Shown here piece after piece: positions 37,788 through 46,690 of a stretch of 64,000 nt of DNA. Both the position numbers and the translations under genes were made by a program. The notes beneath the pieces are model-generated. The model worked only from the letters and a program-made list of their open reading frames with translations. It ran no database searches and was not told the origin of the DNA. Origin of the DNA: Candidatus Kapaibacterium sp. Its GTDB lineage: Bacteria; Bacteroidota; Ignavibacteria; Kapaibacteriales; WFXC01. Position 1 is the first letter of the stretch, and each line of letters starts with the position of its first letter. Location: positions 24,656-88,655 of the forward strand of contig WFXC01000034.1 of NCBI GenBank assembly GCA_015490805.1, read 5' to 3'.

Positions 37788-38747
37788 TTGCCGGAAATGA
37801 CGCGTCGTAGCACTCCATCGCAGCGCAAGCAGTTTTCGTTTCGTTTATTTCAACGATGGAGCGCGGAAGCAAAAGCATTAGGGGGATTTTCTCTTGTTGT
37901 GCTGTTCCTTTTGGCACTTATTCTCATATCGCGCTTATGGGAAACGCTCTGGCTACTACCATTGTTCATCTCCGCCGGCGCTGGTATTTATCTGGGTTAC
38001 CGACAGAAGCTGCGGCTGCGGACGAAAAGTCTGAGTCTGGTTATGAAAGATATTCTTACCGGGAATATCGAAGGGCTTTACGGATTGATTGCTATGCTGG
38101 TGTTTTTGATCTTGACGTCGTGGGTTGCTGATGATCTGCACGATCACCAGTATAGTTATGCAGTGCTGTCGCTACTGGCAATCTGGATCCTGGGAATGCT
38201 CTTTATTGTCTGGTATCCGCTCGAATCCCAATCTCCGGAGAAGGTGCCACCTAAGGTACTGGTTATGGCGTTGTCGGCTTTTTCGGGAGATGTGGAGCAG
38301 TTTCGACAGTCGTTGACCCATCTTCACCAGCAAAAACTTCCTGGCAACTGGGAATTGCCGCTTCGAGCAGTGCTCTCTAAACCCGGTTTGGAACATGTTT
38401 TCTTTTTAAGCAGTAAGAAATCCTGGGATCAGCGTCAGGAGTTTGAAAAATTGCTGGACGAAGCTCTATTGTTGAATGGTCACGAAGCTACGTCGCTGAA
38501 CGTGCAAGATTTGCCCAGGAAGCCACAATTGCACTTTAAGGGTCCGGTGGATTTTGACAGTTTTCAAGATATCAAGCAAAATCTTTTGAAGATTCTGGAG
38601 GAAATTCACTCGACCCGTGGCCGACGCTACCGTGATGAGGAAATTATTGTGAACATCAGTGGTGGAACCTCCGCAGTGACCTTAGCATTGACGCTCAAAG
38701 TAGCCAAGAAGCGGCGTTATAAGCAGGATTGCTACAACACATTATAA
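37788..38747 (+). CDS. 4-TM membrane protein with cytoplasmic Rossmann-like domain carrying CARF/Card1-like motifs (putative ligand-sensing membrane effector)
   Basis: Four hydrophobic helices in residues ~30-150. The C-terminal domain begins 'KVLVMALSAFSGD' (strand 1 plus Ser loop) and carries 'EIIVNISGGTSAVTLAL', which resembles the Card1/Can1 CARF motif 'NIIVNITGGTKIMSLAAF'. Confidence 0.4.
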   Translation: MPEMTRRSTPSQRKQFSFRLFQRWSAEAKALGGFSLVVLFLLALILISRLWETLWLLPLFISAGAGIYLGYRQKLRLRTKSLSLVMKDILTGNIEGLYGLIAMLVFLILTSWVADDLHDHQYSYAVLSLLAIWILGMLFIVWYPLESQSPEKVPPKVLVMALSAFSGDVEQFRQSLTHLHQQKLPGNWELPLRAVLSKPGLEHVFFLSSKKSWDQRQEFEKLLDEALLLNGHEATSLNVQDLPRKPQLHFKGPVDFDSFQDIKQNLLKILEEIHSTRGRRYRDEEIIVNISGGTSAVTLALTLKVAKKRRYKQDCYNTL

Positions 38748-38901
38748 GAACTCTTATGTTAAGTTCGGGTTTGCCGAGCTTCCTTGCGCTGATCGACCGC
38801 CACTGTTCTTACACATCCCTCGTAACATTCTCTCCGCAAAGGAGTTAATCTTGAGGTTGTGAGAGTAAGTTTGTATGTTTCACAGTTGAGGAGTCGGGCC
38901 T

Positions 38902-40188
38902 ATGCGGCGCGAGTTCCATCTTATCAGTATTTTCCTGTTCATAGTCACAGCCCTGTTTATCGCCTCTTCCTGCCAGAAACAACCGACAGTACCTGATGAT
39001 AAAGTGAGTGGTTGTTGCGGCGAGTTTCAGTTAACGGTTCGTGATTCTGCGGAGCATCCAGTAGCGGATCTGTATGTTGCGCTGCTCCAGAGCGGAGACA
39101 CCATTCACGTTGGGTGGACAACTGTCAGCGGGATTGTGTCCTTTGATTCCCTCTGCCCCGGTGACTACAGTTTTATTGTGGCTGACTCCTCCGATTTTCA
39201 TCCTGTTATTGCCTATGGGCACTTTACCATTGATTCCTGTGGGAAAGTACAGAAACATCTTACGCTGTCGCCCCGCCATGGTGATGGATACAGCAAGAGA
39301 GATTCCAGTGATTGCTGTCAGAGCATGCTCGTCGTGGAAGTACAGGATACCACAGAGGCAGGAACTCCCATTCACGGCGCTGCCGTTGTTTTGAAGTCTG
39401 TGCACGGGCAACCGCTGGATACCAAGTTGACCGATGTCGAGGGTCAGGTTGTTTTCACTTCTTTATGTTCCGGCACCTATATTGTTGTCGTAGAGGCAGA
39501 TGGCTATTACCGTTATGAAAATTCAGTCCATATTGGCTGTAATGACACGACTGAATACTCGGTGGAACTTGCAGCGGTCGTGGAATGTTGCGATAACCGG
39601 GTGTGGGTACAGGTGCAGGATCGAGAGCATCAGGCGGTTGAGGGAGCGTGGGTTGAGTTGCTGGATCTTGGCCACCGTCCCGTCCGGGTGATCCGCTCTG
39701 GATATACCAACGCCGATGGTGTCATTGTGTGGGAAGATCTTTGTACCGGTCGCTATCTGATACGAGCTACTTACACTATTGCTGGCGAACACGGTGACTC
39801 TTTGCTGATTGTAGCCAAGGAAGATTTCGAGCTCGAGTGTGAAGATAACAAAGAGATAGTTCTGACTCTCGAGCCACTCCGGGAATGCTGCAATCACCTG
39901 TTACACGTCGTTTTGCAGGACAATCGTACCTCCCCTCCCTCACCAATAGCTGATGCAGAAGTGCGATTGCGGTACCCCAACGGCGAAACCATCGAAACAG
40001 CCCATACAAACGATGATGGTGAGGCGTGGTTCGACGGAATTTGCCGTGGAACGTATGAGGTCCGGATTGCACATCCGGACTATCCGGTCCAGGAAATTGT
40101 CATAGAATTTCCCTGCAAGCGCCAGCAGCTTGATCTGGTTGTTGTGTTTACCGGTTCAACCGCACAGGTGCGTATCTCAACAGAGTAA
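38902..40188 (+). CDS. lipoprotein composed of four tandem Cys-rich ~95-aa transthyretin/carboxypeptidase-regulatory-like domains
   Basis: Lipobox 'FIASSC'. Four repeats each start with CC, have a central 'LC.G.Y' and a distal Cys; they begin at nt 39013, 39313, 39586 and 39886. Confidence 0.6.
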   Translation: MRREFHLISIFLFIVTALFIASSCQKQPTVPDDKVSGCCGEFQLTVRDSAEHPVADLYVALLQSGDTIHVGWTTVSGIVSFDSLCPGDYSFIVADSSDFHPVIAYGHFTIDSCGKVQKHLTLSPRHGDGYSKRDSSDCCQSMLVVEVQDTTEAGTPIHGAAVVLKSVHGQPLDTKLTDVEGQVVFTSLCSGTYIVVVEADGYYRYENSVHIGCNDTTEYSVELAAVVECCDNRVWVQVQDREHQAVEGAWVELLDLGHRPVRVIRSGYTNADGVIVWEDLCTGRYLIRATYTIAGEHGDSLLIVAKEDFELECEDNKEIVLTLEPLRECCNHLLHVVLQDNRTSPPSPIADAEVRLRYPNGETIETAHTNDDGEAWFDGICRGTYEVRIAHPDYPVQEIVIEFPCKRQQLDLVVVFTGSTAQVRISTE

Positions 40189-40234
40189 TTTGGTTTGGCG
40201 CATCGGATTTTCAGGAAGCATCGCAGCGTTTGAA

Positions 40235-40262
40235 GCGGGGCAGAATGCCCCGCTATTTTTTC
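40235..40262 (+). terminator. rho-independent terminator (GCGGGGC-AGAAT-GCCCCGC + T-run)
   Basis: Perfect 7-bp GC stem followed by TATTTTTTTCTG, 47 nt after the lipoprotein stop. Confidence 0.6.
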
Positions 40263-40515
40263 TGTGCCATCGGGATTCCGCAGGCAGATTGTACCCATAG
40301 TGTTTGTGCTCTGAAGAGATCGCTGTGCTTTGAGTTCTTGCTTGTTCAATTCACATTATCAGCCTCTTGTGCTCTCTTCTCTGGGCAAATTCTCTTGCGT
40401 AGGCTATTTTCTGACCACAGATTGGGCACCATCGGCGGAAGTTGGCTTTCTTCCCTGCTTTCCGTAACTTTGCAGTTGGTTTTATGTGAGGCAAGACAAC
40501 AGGGAAGCAAAAGCT

Positions 40516-41298
40516 ATGGAACGAACCTACCAATTTATTCGAGTTGCCAGACACGGTGACCACATTGGAACGATCCAGCTCAACCGACCGGAAGTGCTCA
40601 ATGCACTCAATCTTGCCACGATGGATGAGCTGGTCGATGCTTTTACAACGTATGACGCGGATCCAGCGATTCGGTGCATCGTGATTTATGGCAACGAAAA
40701 AGCTTTTGCGGCTGGCGCTGATATTACGGAAATGGCGGAGGCGGATTCTGTCGAAATGTTGCTCCGCGATCAGTTTCGCAAATGGGATGCGATCCGGCGG
40801 GTAAAAACTCCCATCATTGCGGCTGTCAGCGGTTATGCGCTGGGCGGTGGCTGCGAACTGGCAATGCTGTGTGATATGATTGTTGCCAGCGAAACGGCAC
40901 GGTTTGGACAGCCGGAAATTAAAATTGGGGTTATGCCCGGCGCTGGAGGAACGCAGCGGCTAACCCGCGCGGTCGGCAAAGCGCTGGCGATGGAGATGGT
41001 GCTGACAGGACGAATGATCTCTGCCTATGAAGCACTCCGTGCAGGATTGGTCAATAAAGTAGTTCCCGTCGAGGTGTATCTGGATGAAGCCTTAGCACTT
41101 GCTGATGAAGTTGCTTCAATGCCGCCAATTGCTGCCCGGCTGGCAAAGGAATCGGTGCTTCGCGCTTTTGATACGACGCTGGAAATTGGGCTGGAATATG
41201 AACGCAAAAACTTCTACCTCCTCTTTTCCACCGAGGATGCCCACGAAGGGATGAAAGCCTTTCTGGAAAAGCGACAACCCAAATGGCAGGGGCAATAA
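40516..41298 (+). CDS. enoyl-CoA hydratase (crotonase family)
   Basis: 'AAGADITEM', 'GYALGGGCELAM' and 'FGQPEIKIGVMPGAGGTQRL' crotonase motifs. Start chosen at MERTYQ (RBS AGGGAAG); the ORF track starts 30 nt earlier. Confidence 0.8.
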   Translation: MERTYQFIRVARHGDHIGTIQLNRPEVLNALNLATMDELVDAFTTYDADPAIRCIVIYGNEKAFAAGADITEMAEADSVEMLLRDQFRKWDAIRRVKTPIIAAVSGYALGGGCELAMLCDMIVASETARFGQPEIKIGVMPGAGGTQRLTRAVGKALAMEMVLTGRMISAYEALRAGLVNKVVPVEVYLDEALALADEVASMPPIAARLAKESVLRAFDTTLEIGLEYERKNFYLLFSTEDAHEGMKAFLEKRQPKWQGQ

Positions 41299-41315
41299 AG
41301 AAAGGAATTTGAGGA

Positions 41316-42116
41316 ATGAGCGAGCAGCAATACGAGACGATTCTTACAACCTTCGATGCGAAGGGCGTATTTACCATCACCCTGAACCGACCGGACGTTT
41401 ATAACGCAGTGAACGAGCAAATGACGACAGAGCTTCAGCAGGTTTTGAAGACAGCAGCGGAGCACGAAGGCGTTCGGTGTGTTGTAATCACCGGTGCCGG
41501 GAAGGCATTTTGTGCCGGTCAGGACCTCAAGGAAGCACCCAAACCAGGTGAAAAGCAGCGATCACTGGCAGATTCCTTGCGCCGACGGTATAATCCTATC
41601 ATTCGCCTGTTGACATCAATGCCAAAACCGGTCATTGCCGGGATCAATGGCGTGGCGGCTGGTGCCGGGCTTTCGCTGGCATTAGCCGCAGACATTCGTA
41701 TTATGAGCGAACGTGCCCGATTTGTTGAAGCTTTTATCGGCATTGCCCTGGTTCCCGATTCAGGTGCCAGTTTCTTCTATCCCCGGCTGATGGGATATCC
41801 GAAGGCGTTCGAATTCGCAACGTTGAATAAGCCCATCAGTGCGGAGGAAGCGCTGCGACTGGGATTGGTTAATGCCATAGTTTCCCCAAAGGTACTTCCC
41901 ACAGCCGTTCAGCGATGGGCTGAGCGATATGCGCAGGGACCGACAAAAACATATGGCTTCGTAAAGCAGATGCTCCAGCGAGGACTGGTTGCTTCCCTGG
42001 ATGAAATGCTCGAAATGGAAGTAGAATATCAGCAGAAAGCAGGCGAAACGGAGGATTATGCCGAAGGCGTAGCCGCTTTTCTGGAAAAACGGGAACCACA
42101 ATTTAAGGGACGATAA
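41316..42116 (+). CDS. enoyl-CoA hydratase/isomerase family protein (PaaG-like)
   Basis: Second crotonase paralogue: 'AGQDLKE', 'GVAAGAGLSLALAADIRIM', 'FIGIALVPDSGASF'. Confidence 0.8.
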   Translation: MSEQQYETILTTFDAKGVFTITLNRPDVYNAVNEQMTTELQQVLKTAAEHEGVRCVVITGAGKAFCAGQDLKEAPKPGEKQRSLADSLRRRYNPIIRLLTSMPKPVIAGINGVAAGAGLSLALAADIRIMSERARFVEAFIGIALVPDSGASFFYPRLMGYPKAFEFATLNKPISAEEALRLGLVNAIVSPKVLPTAVQRWAERYAQGPTKTYGFVKQMLQRGLVASLDEMLEMEVEYQQKAGETEDYAEGVAAFLEKREPQFKGR

Positions 42117-42119
42117 GCG

Positions 42120-43004
42120 ATGAAAGATGCTGTTACTTTCCAGATGCCGCAACAAATTGCGATCTGTGGTGCGGGTGTGATGGGGACGGGTATCGCGACT
42201 GCCCTCCTTCTCCACCAATTTCCCGTTACACTGTATGATCTGAGCGATGCCGTCCTGAAACGCGCACAACATCAGATAGCCAGAAATCTGGAGAAAGCGG
42301 TGCAGAAAGGCAAACTGGCTGCTGAATTGCTCCATCCTGTTTTGCAGGAGAAGATCTCCTTTACAACTCGTCTGGAAGATTGTGCTGCGGCAGACTGTGT
42401 GATCGAAGCTATCATCGAAGACCGCACAGCAAAAATCGATCTGTTACACCGATTGGAATCTTTGCTGCCATCACGGGCAATCATCGCGACCAATACTTCT
42501 TCCATTGCCATTTCTTCCCTTCAAAGCGAGCTTCAGCATCCTGGTCGTTTTCTGGGCTTACACTTTTTCAATCCTGCACACATTATGAAGCTGGTGGAAG
42601 TGGTCAAAGGGGCATTTACTCTTAATGCGGTTATCGAGATTATCAAAGATTTTTCCGAATCTATCGGCAAAATTCCTGTTATTGTAAAGGATGTTCCAGG
42701 GTTTATTGTCAATCGAGTTGCTCGAAACTTCTACAATGAGGCGCTGCGGATTGTGGAAGAAGGAACAGCTTCTGTGGAGCAGGTAGATCGATTGTTGCGA
42801 AGCTATGGTTTTCGAATGGGACCTTTTGAGCTGATGGATCTTATCGGTGTTGATACCAATTTCGCTGTGACCCTGTCTGTATGGCAGCAATACTTTTATG
42901 ATCCCCGCTTTGCCCCTTCCCTTTTGCAGAAGCAGTTGGTCGATGCAAAAAAGTGGGGACGGAAGACAGGCGAGGGTTTTTATCGGTACTCACAGCAAGA
43001 TTAA
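42120..43004 (+). CDS. 3-hydroxyacyl-CoA / 3-hydroxybutyryl-CoA dehydrogenase
   Basis: N-terminal NAD Rossmann 'IAICGAGVMGTGIA' and a 3HCDH C-terminal domain. Confidence 0.8.
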   Translation: MKDAVTFQMPQQIAICGAGVMGTGIATALLLHQFPVTLYDLSDAVLKRAQHQIARNLEKAVQKGKLAAELLHPVLQEKISFTTRLEDCAAADCVIEAIIEDRTAKIDLLHRLESLLPSRAIIATNTSSIAISSLQSELQHPGRFLGLHFFNPAHIMKLVEVVKGAFTLNAVIEIIKDFSESIGKIPVIVKDVPGFIVNRVARNFYNEALRIVEEGTASVEQVDRLLRSYGFRMGPFELMDLIGVDTNFAVTLSVWQQYFYDPRFAPSLLQKQLVDAKKWGRKTGEGFYRYSQQD

Positions 43005-44249
43005 GTGACGATGCGGTGGCTACTGCATCCGCTGCGGCGGATCTTTATCCAGAGATGGCTGTTTCCGAAATGGAGTGAAACTCGCCACATTGTGATTTTT
43101 AACACCATCGCCGTTGGAAGTGTTGCTTTAGGTACGGCAGCGGTGCTTCTGGCACTGGCAATCCTCCAGGGATTTGAAAATGCGATTTACCGCTATGTTA
43201 CCAGTTTTACGGCCCATATCGAAATTACCGGGCTTTTTAGTTTGCCCATTGAGCACTATGAAGATCCTCTGGAATATATCCAGAAAACTCCCAATGTTAC
43301 AGCGGTTGTTCCTTATCGCCTGGGAAATGCACTGATCAGACCGAAGCATTCTCAACAGTTCGATGGGGTTTTATGCAAAGGAATTCCACCCGATGCTGCT
43401 CTTCCCTATGTCTCCCCATTCGTGCAGCAGGGCAAAGCTCATTTCCGCTCGGATTCTGCACCAGAACTAATGATCGGGCGATTACTGGCTGAACGACTGG
43501 ATCTTCAGGTGAATGATACGGTATTTCTGCTGGCATTTAACGCTGCTGCGCAACAGCAGTCATTGCCCAGCATCGCAGCATTGCGCGTCATCGCCGTTTT
43601 TGAGACTGGCGCAACGCAGTTTGATGAGAATGTGGTTTTTCTGCCTTTTGAAACCGCCGGACGCTTATTGGGATTTTCGCGATATCAAGCGACCGGGTAT
43701 GACATTCAGGTTGCGGATTTACGGCAGTTGATTCCAACCGCTGAGCGACTCAATCAGGGATTGGGTTATCGATTCGTTGCCCGCACGATGTACGATCTGT
43801 ATAGTTCCCTCTTTGCCTGGATCGATCTGCAAAAACGCCCTATTCCCATTGTGCTGGGACTGATTGCCTTTGTGGCGCTGTTCAATGTTGTCTCAGCGCT
43901 GCTGACTTTAATGGTTGCTAAGTTACACGAAATAGCAGTCCTCCGGAGTCTGGGGATGCAGCGGCGTCAGTTGCGGCAAATCTTCCTTGCCGTCGGAATG
44001 GCACTGGTCATCGTCGGATGGATCATTGGTGCAGGACTTACCTTAGTGGCTGGATGGCTGCAGAATCAATTCCACGTTCTCCGGTTGCAAACGGATGTGT
44101 ACTTTTTCTCCTATCTCCCCATCACTTTTGAGCTACTCCACTTTCTAATTGTTGCCGCTCTTTTGCTGATCATCAGTTTCTTTACAATCTGGATCCCTGC
44201 AACGCTGGCAACGCGCATTCCACCATTGCAGGCGCTACGGTTTCGATAG
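43005..44249 (+). CDS. FtsX-like ABC transporter permease (LolC/E / MacB-type)
   Basis: N-terminal TM, large periplasmic MacB-PCD-like domain and three C-terminal TMs with an FtsX-type 'LRSLGMQRRQL' loop. Confidence 0.7.
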   Translation: MTMRWLLHPLRRIFIQRWLFPKWSETRHIVIFNTIAVGSVALGTAAVLLALAILQGFENAIYRYVTSFTAHIEITGLFSLPIEHYEDPLEYIQKTPNVTAVVPYRLGNALIRPKHSQQFDGVLCKGIPPDAALPYVSPFVQQGKAHFRSDSAPELMIGRLLAERLDLQVNDTVFLLAFNAAAQQQSLPSIAALRVIAVFETGATQFDENVVFLPFETAGRLLGFSRYQATGYDIQVADLRQLIPTAERLNQGLGYRFVARTMYDLYSSLFAWIDLQKRPIPIVLGLIAFVALFNVVSALLTLMVAKLHEIAVLRSLGMQRRQLRQIFLAVGMALVIVGWIIGAGLTLVAGWLQNQFHVLRLQTDVYFFSYLPITFELLHFLIVAALLLIISFFTIWIPATLATRIPPLQALRFR

Positions 44250-44395
44250 AAAACTTGATCCGCTCATCGGCGGATTTCCCTGACGCTTTTTCCCAGCAAT
44301 GGAACTCAGTGGAATGTCTCTGGTTCGGAGATACATTTCCGGCAAAACCGGTTCGTCTACAGTGGCAGAAGTGGAGAGAAAAAAGCACGATAGCA

Positions 44396-45550
44396 ATGAA
44401 ACGATCACCGAAAAGAGTCATTGTCGGAATGTCTGGAGGGCTGGATTCCTCAGTGGCGGCTGCCCTATTGGTGGAGCAAGGCTATGAGGTGATTGGGATT
44501 ACGATCAAAACGTACAACTACGAAGATGTTGGCGGCAACATTGTCAACGAATCCAACTGTTGCTCCATCGAAGGAATTAACGATGCTCGCCGGGTGTGCC
44601 TACAACTGGGTATTCCCCATTACGTCGTAGACTTCACCGTTCCATTCCGGAAGCATATCATTGATCACTTTATCGATAGCTATATCTCCGGTGAAACACC
44701 CAATCCATGTGTCCGATGTAATCGATTGATCAAATGGGGCGAAATGCTGAAGAAAGCAGACGCGCTGGGCGCTACTTATGTGGCAATGGGGCATTATGCA
44801 CGGGTTCGACGCTCCGGCGATCGGTATTTCATTACCCGTGGGGTTGATCGCTCCAAGGACCAATCGTATGCGCTGTGGACATTGACACAGGATGCATTGG
44901 CCCGTACCCTTTTCCCACTGGGTGAGTATACCAAAGCAGAAGTGCGAGCTATTGCCGAACGGCTGGGACTGAGTGTTGCGCGTAAAGGAGAATCTTTCGA
45001 TCTTTGCTTCATTCCAGACAACAATTATCACCGCTTCCTCAAAGAGCAACAGCCGGAGCTGAAGGATCTGGAGGGTGGTCCCATCATCTTTAATGGTGAA
45101 GTTGTTGGACATCACCGCGGCTATCCATTTTATACGGTCGGGCAACGGCGGGGTCTGGGCATTTCTTATCGTCAACCGCTGTATGTGCTCAATGTCATTC
45201 CTGAAGAAAATGCGGTGGTTGTGGGAACAAAGGATCAACTGTTGCATCGAGGCTTAATTGCCCACTCCGTAAACCTGATGAAGTATGCTGCTTTGCCGCA
45301 GCCACGCCGTGTGATGGCAAAAATTCGGTACAAGGATCCGGGGGCACCGGCGTATGCGTGGACCGATGAGGATCGACTCTATGTGGAATTTCTGGAGCCT
45401 CGACGGGCAATCACCCCCGGACAGTCGGTTGTGCTGTATGAAGGCGATGATCTGATTGGGGGAGGCGTAATTGCCCAATGGTATGATCATTCCCGGCTGC
45501 CCGATGAAACAGCCGAAGTGGCAGCCGAAATTGAAGATGGCAACGGTTAA
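44396..45550 (+). CDS. mnmA: tRNA-specific 2-thiouridylase MnmA
   Basis: PP-loop 'VIVGMSGGLDSSVAA' and catalytic cysteines (CVRCN..., 'DLCFI'). Start set at MKRSPKRVIVG; the ORF track begins 141 nt earlier. Confidence 0.85.
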   Translation: MKRSPKRVIVGMSGGLDSSVAAALLVEQGYEVIGITIKTYNYEDVGGNIVNESNCCSIEGINDARRVCLQLGIPHYVVDFTVPFRKHIIDHFIDSYISGETPNPCVRCNRLIKWGEMLKKADALGATYVAMGHYARVRRSGDRYFITRGVDRSKDQSYALWTLTQDALARTLFPLGEYTKAEVRAIAERLGLSVARKGESFDLCFIPDNNYHRFLKEQQPELKDLEGGPIIFNGEVVGHHRGYPFYTVGQRRGLGISYRQPLYVLNVIPEENAVVVGTKDQLLHRGLIAHSVNLMKYAALPQPRRVMAKIRYKDPGAPAYAWTDEDRLYVEFLEPRRAITPGQSVVLYEGDDLIGGGVIAQWYDHSRLPDETAEVAAEIEDGNG

Positions 45551-45566
45551 CAGCGTGAAATAATCG

Positions 45567-46523
45567 ATGAAAGTAGTTTTTGCTTATCATCCCGAGATGC
45601 TGGAACACGACACCGGTCCGTATCATCCGGAGCGTCCCGATCGGCTGCGAGCTATTGTGGAACACCTGCATACAACCGGACTGTGGGACCAACTGGAGCA
45701 CATCGATGTACCGCTGGCAACGGAGGAGCATCTCCAATTGATCCACCCTCCCTCCTACATTGATCGCATTCGGAAAGCGGCAGACAGTGGTGCGCAGTAT
45801 CTGGATCCTGATACTTTCGTTTCCACACATTCGTATGCGGCAGCTCTCCGGGCGGTAGGAGCAATCCTCCGTTGTTGCGACGTAGTGCTCCAGACAAACC
45901 ATCGGACATCCGCTTTTGCAGCAGTCCGCCCTCCTGGCCATCACGCAGAACCGCAGCGCGCGATGGGATTCTGCCTGTTTAACAATGTTGCCATTGCCGC
46001 ACGATATGCGCAGCAACAGTACCAGTTGTCCAGAATAGCCATTGTCGATTGGGATGTCCATCACGGCAACGGGACGCAAGCAGCATTCTATAGCGATCCA
46101 TCGGTGCTCTACATCAGCCTCCACCAGTACCCGCTCTATCCGGGAACTGGATCGGAAGTTGAGCAGGGTGAAGGTCCGGGATACGGAACGACGTTGAACA
46201 TTCCCCTTCCCCCGGCATCTGGTGGTGGTGTCTATCGTCAGGCGTTTGAACAAAAAGTATTGCCAAAGTTGCGGGATTTCCAACCAGACTTTCTGCTGGT
46301 CTCCGCAGGTTACGATGCCCACCGGAATGATCCTTTAGCCTCGATGTTGCTGGAAGCTTCGGATTTCGGATGGATGACCCGGCAGTTGGTGACATTTGCC
46401 AAAAATCACACTGAGTATGGCATTGCCCTGGTACTGGAAGGTGGTTATCACCTGGAAGCCCTTGCCCGGAGCGTTGCTCTGACGCTGGAAACCCTCCTGC
46501 ACGTTGAAGCGCCGCGCGCGTAG
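45567..46523 (+). CDS. histone deacetylase / acetoin utilization AcuC family (arginase-deacetylase fold)
   Basis: 'PPGHHAEPQRAMGFCLFNNVAIAA' and 'DWDVHHGNGTQ' zinc-site motifs. Confidence 0.75.
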   Translation: MKVVFAYHPEMLEHDTGPYHPERPDRLRAIVEHLHTTGLWDQLEHIDVPLATEEHLQLIHPPSYIDRIRKAADSGAQYLDPDTFVSTHSYAAALRAVGAILRCCDVVLQTNHRTSAFAAVRPPGHHAEPQRAMGFCLFNNVAIAARYAQQQYQLSRIAIVDWDVHHGNGTQAAFYSDPSVLYISLHQYPLYPGTGSEVEQGEGPGYGTTLNIPLPPASGGGVYRQAFEQKVLPKLRDFQPDFLLVSAGYDAHRNDPLASMLLEASDFGWMTRQLVTFAKNHTEYGIALVLEGGYHLEALARSVALTLETLLHVEAPRA

Positions 46524-46690
46524 CAAAGTAGTACGGCAAAGCTGATTGTCCGTGACTTCCAGAGGTCATATGTGCTCCTCAGAACACACCCTTACTCTGC
46601 TGGGAGGTGCGGCTGCAAGCCGTGAGGCTTCGGAATTTTTTCCCTGCTGGATCGTCTACGAAACATTTTGTTAAGCTCGTGAGGAGATTG

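Noticed and set aside
46524-46690. Possible ZTP (pfl) or purine riboswitch in the 167-nt leader of purL
   Set aside because: Only a short 'CCGTGAC' fragment resembles the ZTP 5' subdomain. The conserved GGCG/GUGGG/ACCACCGGG pseudoknot elements and the 3' 'CCGCCUGGGCA' box are absent, and no purine-riboswitch junction consensus was found.
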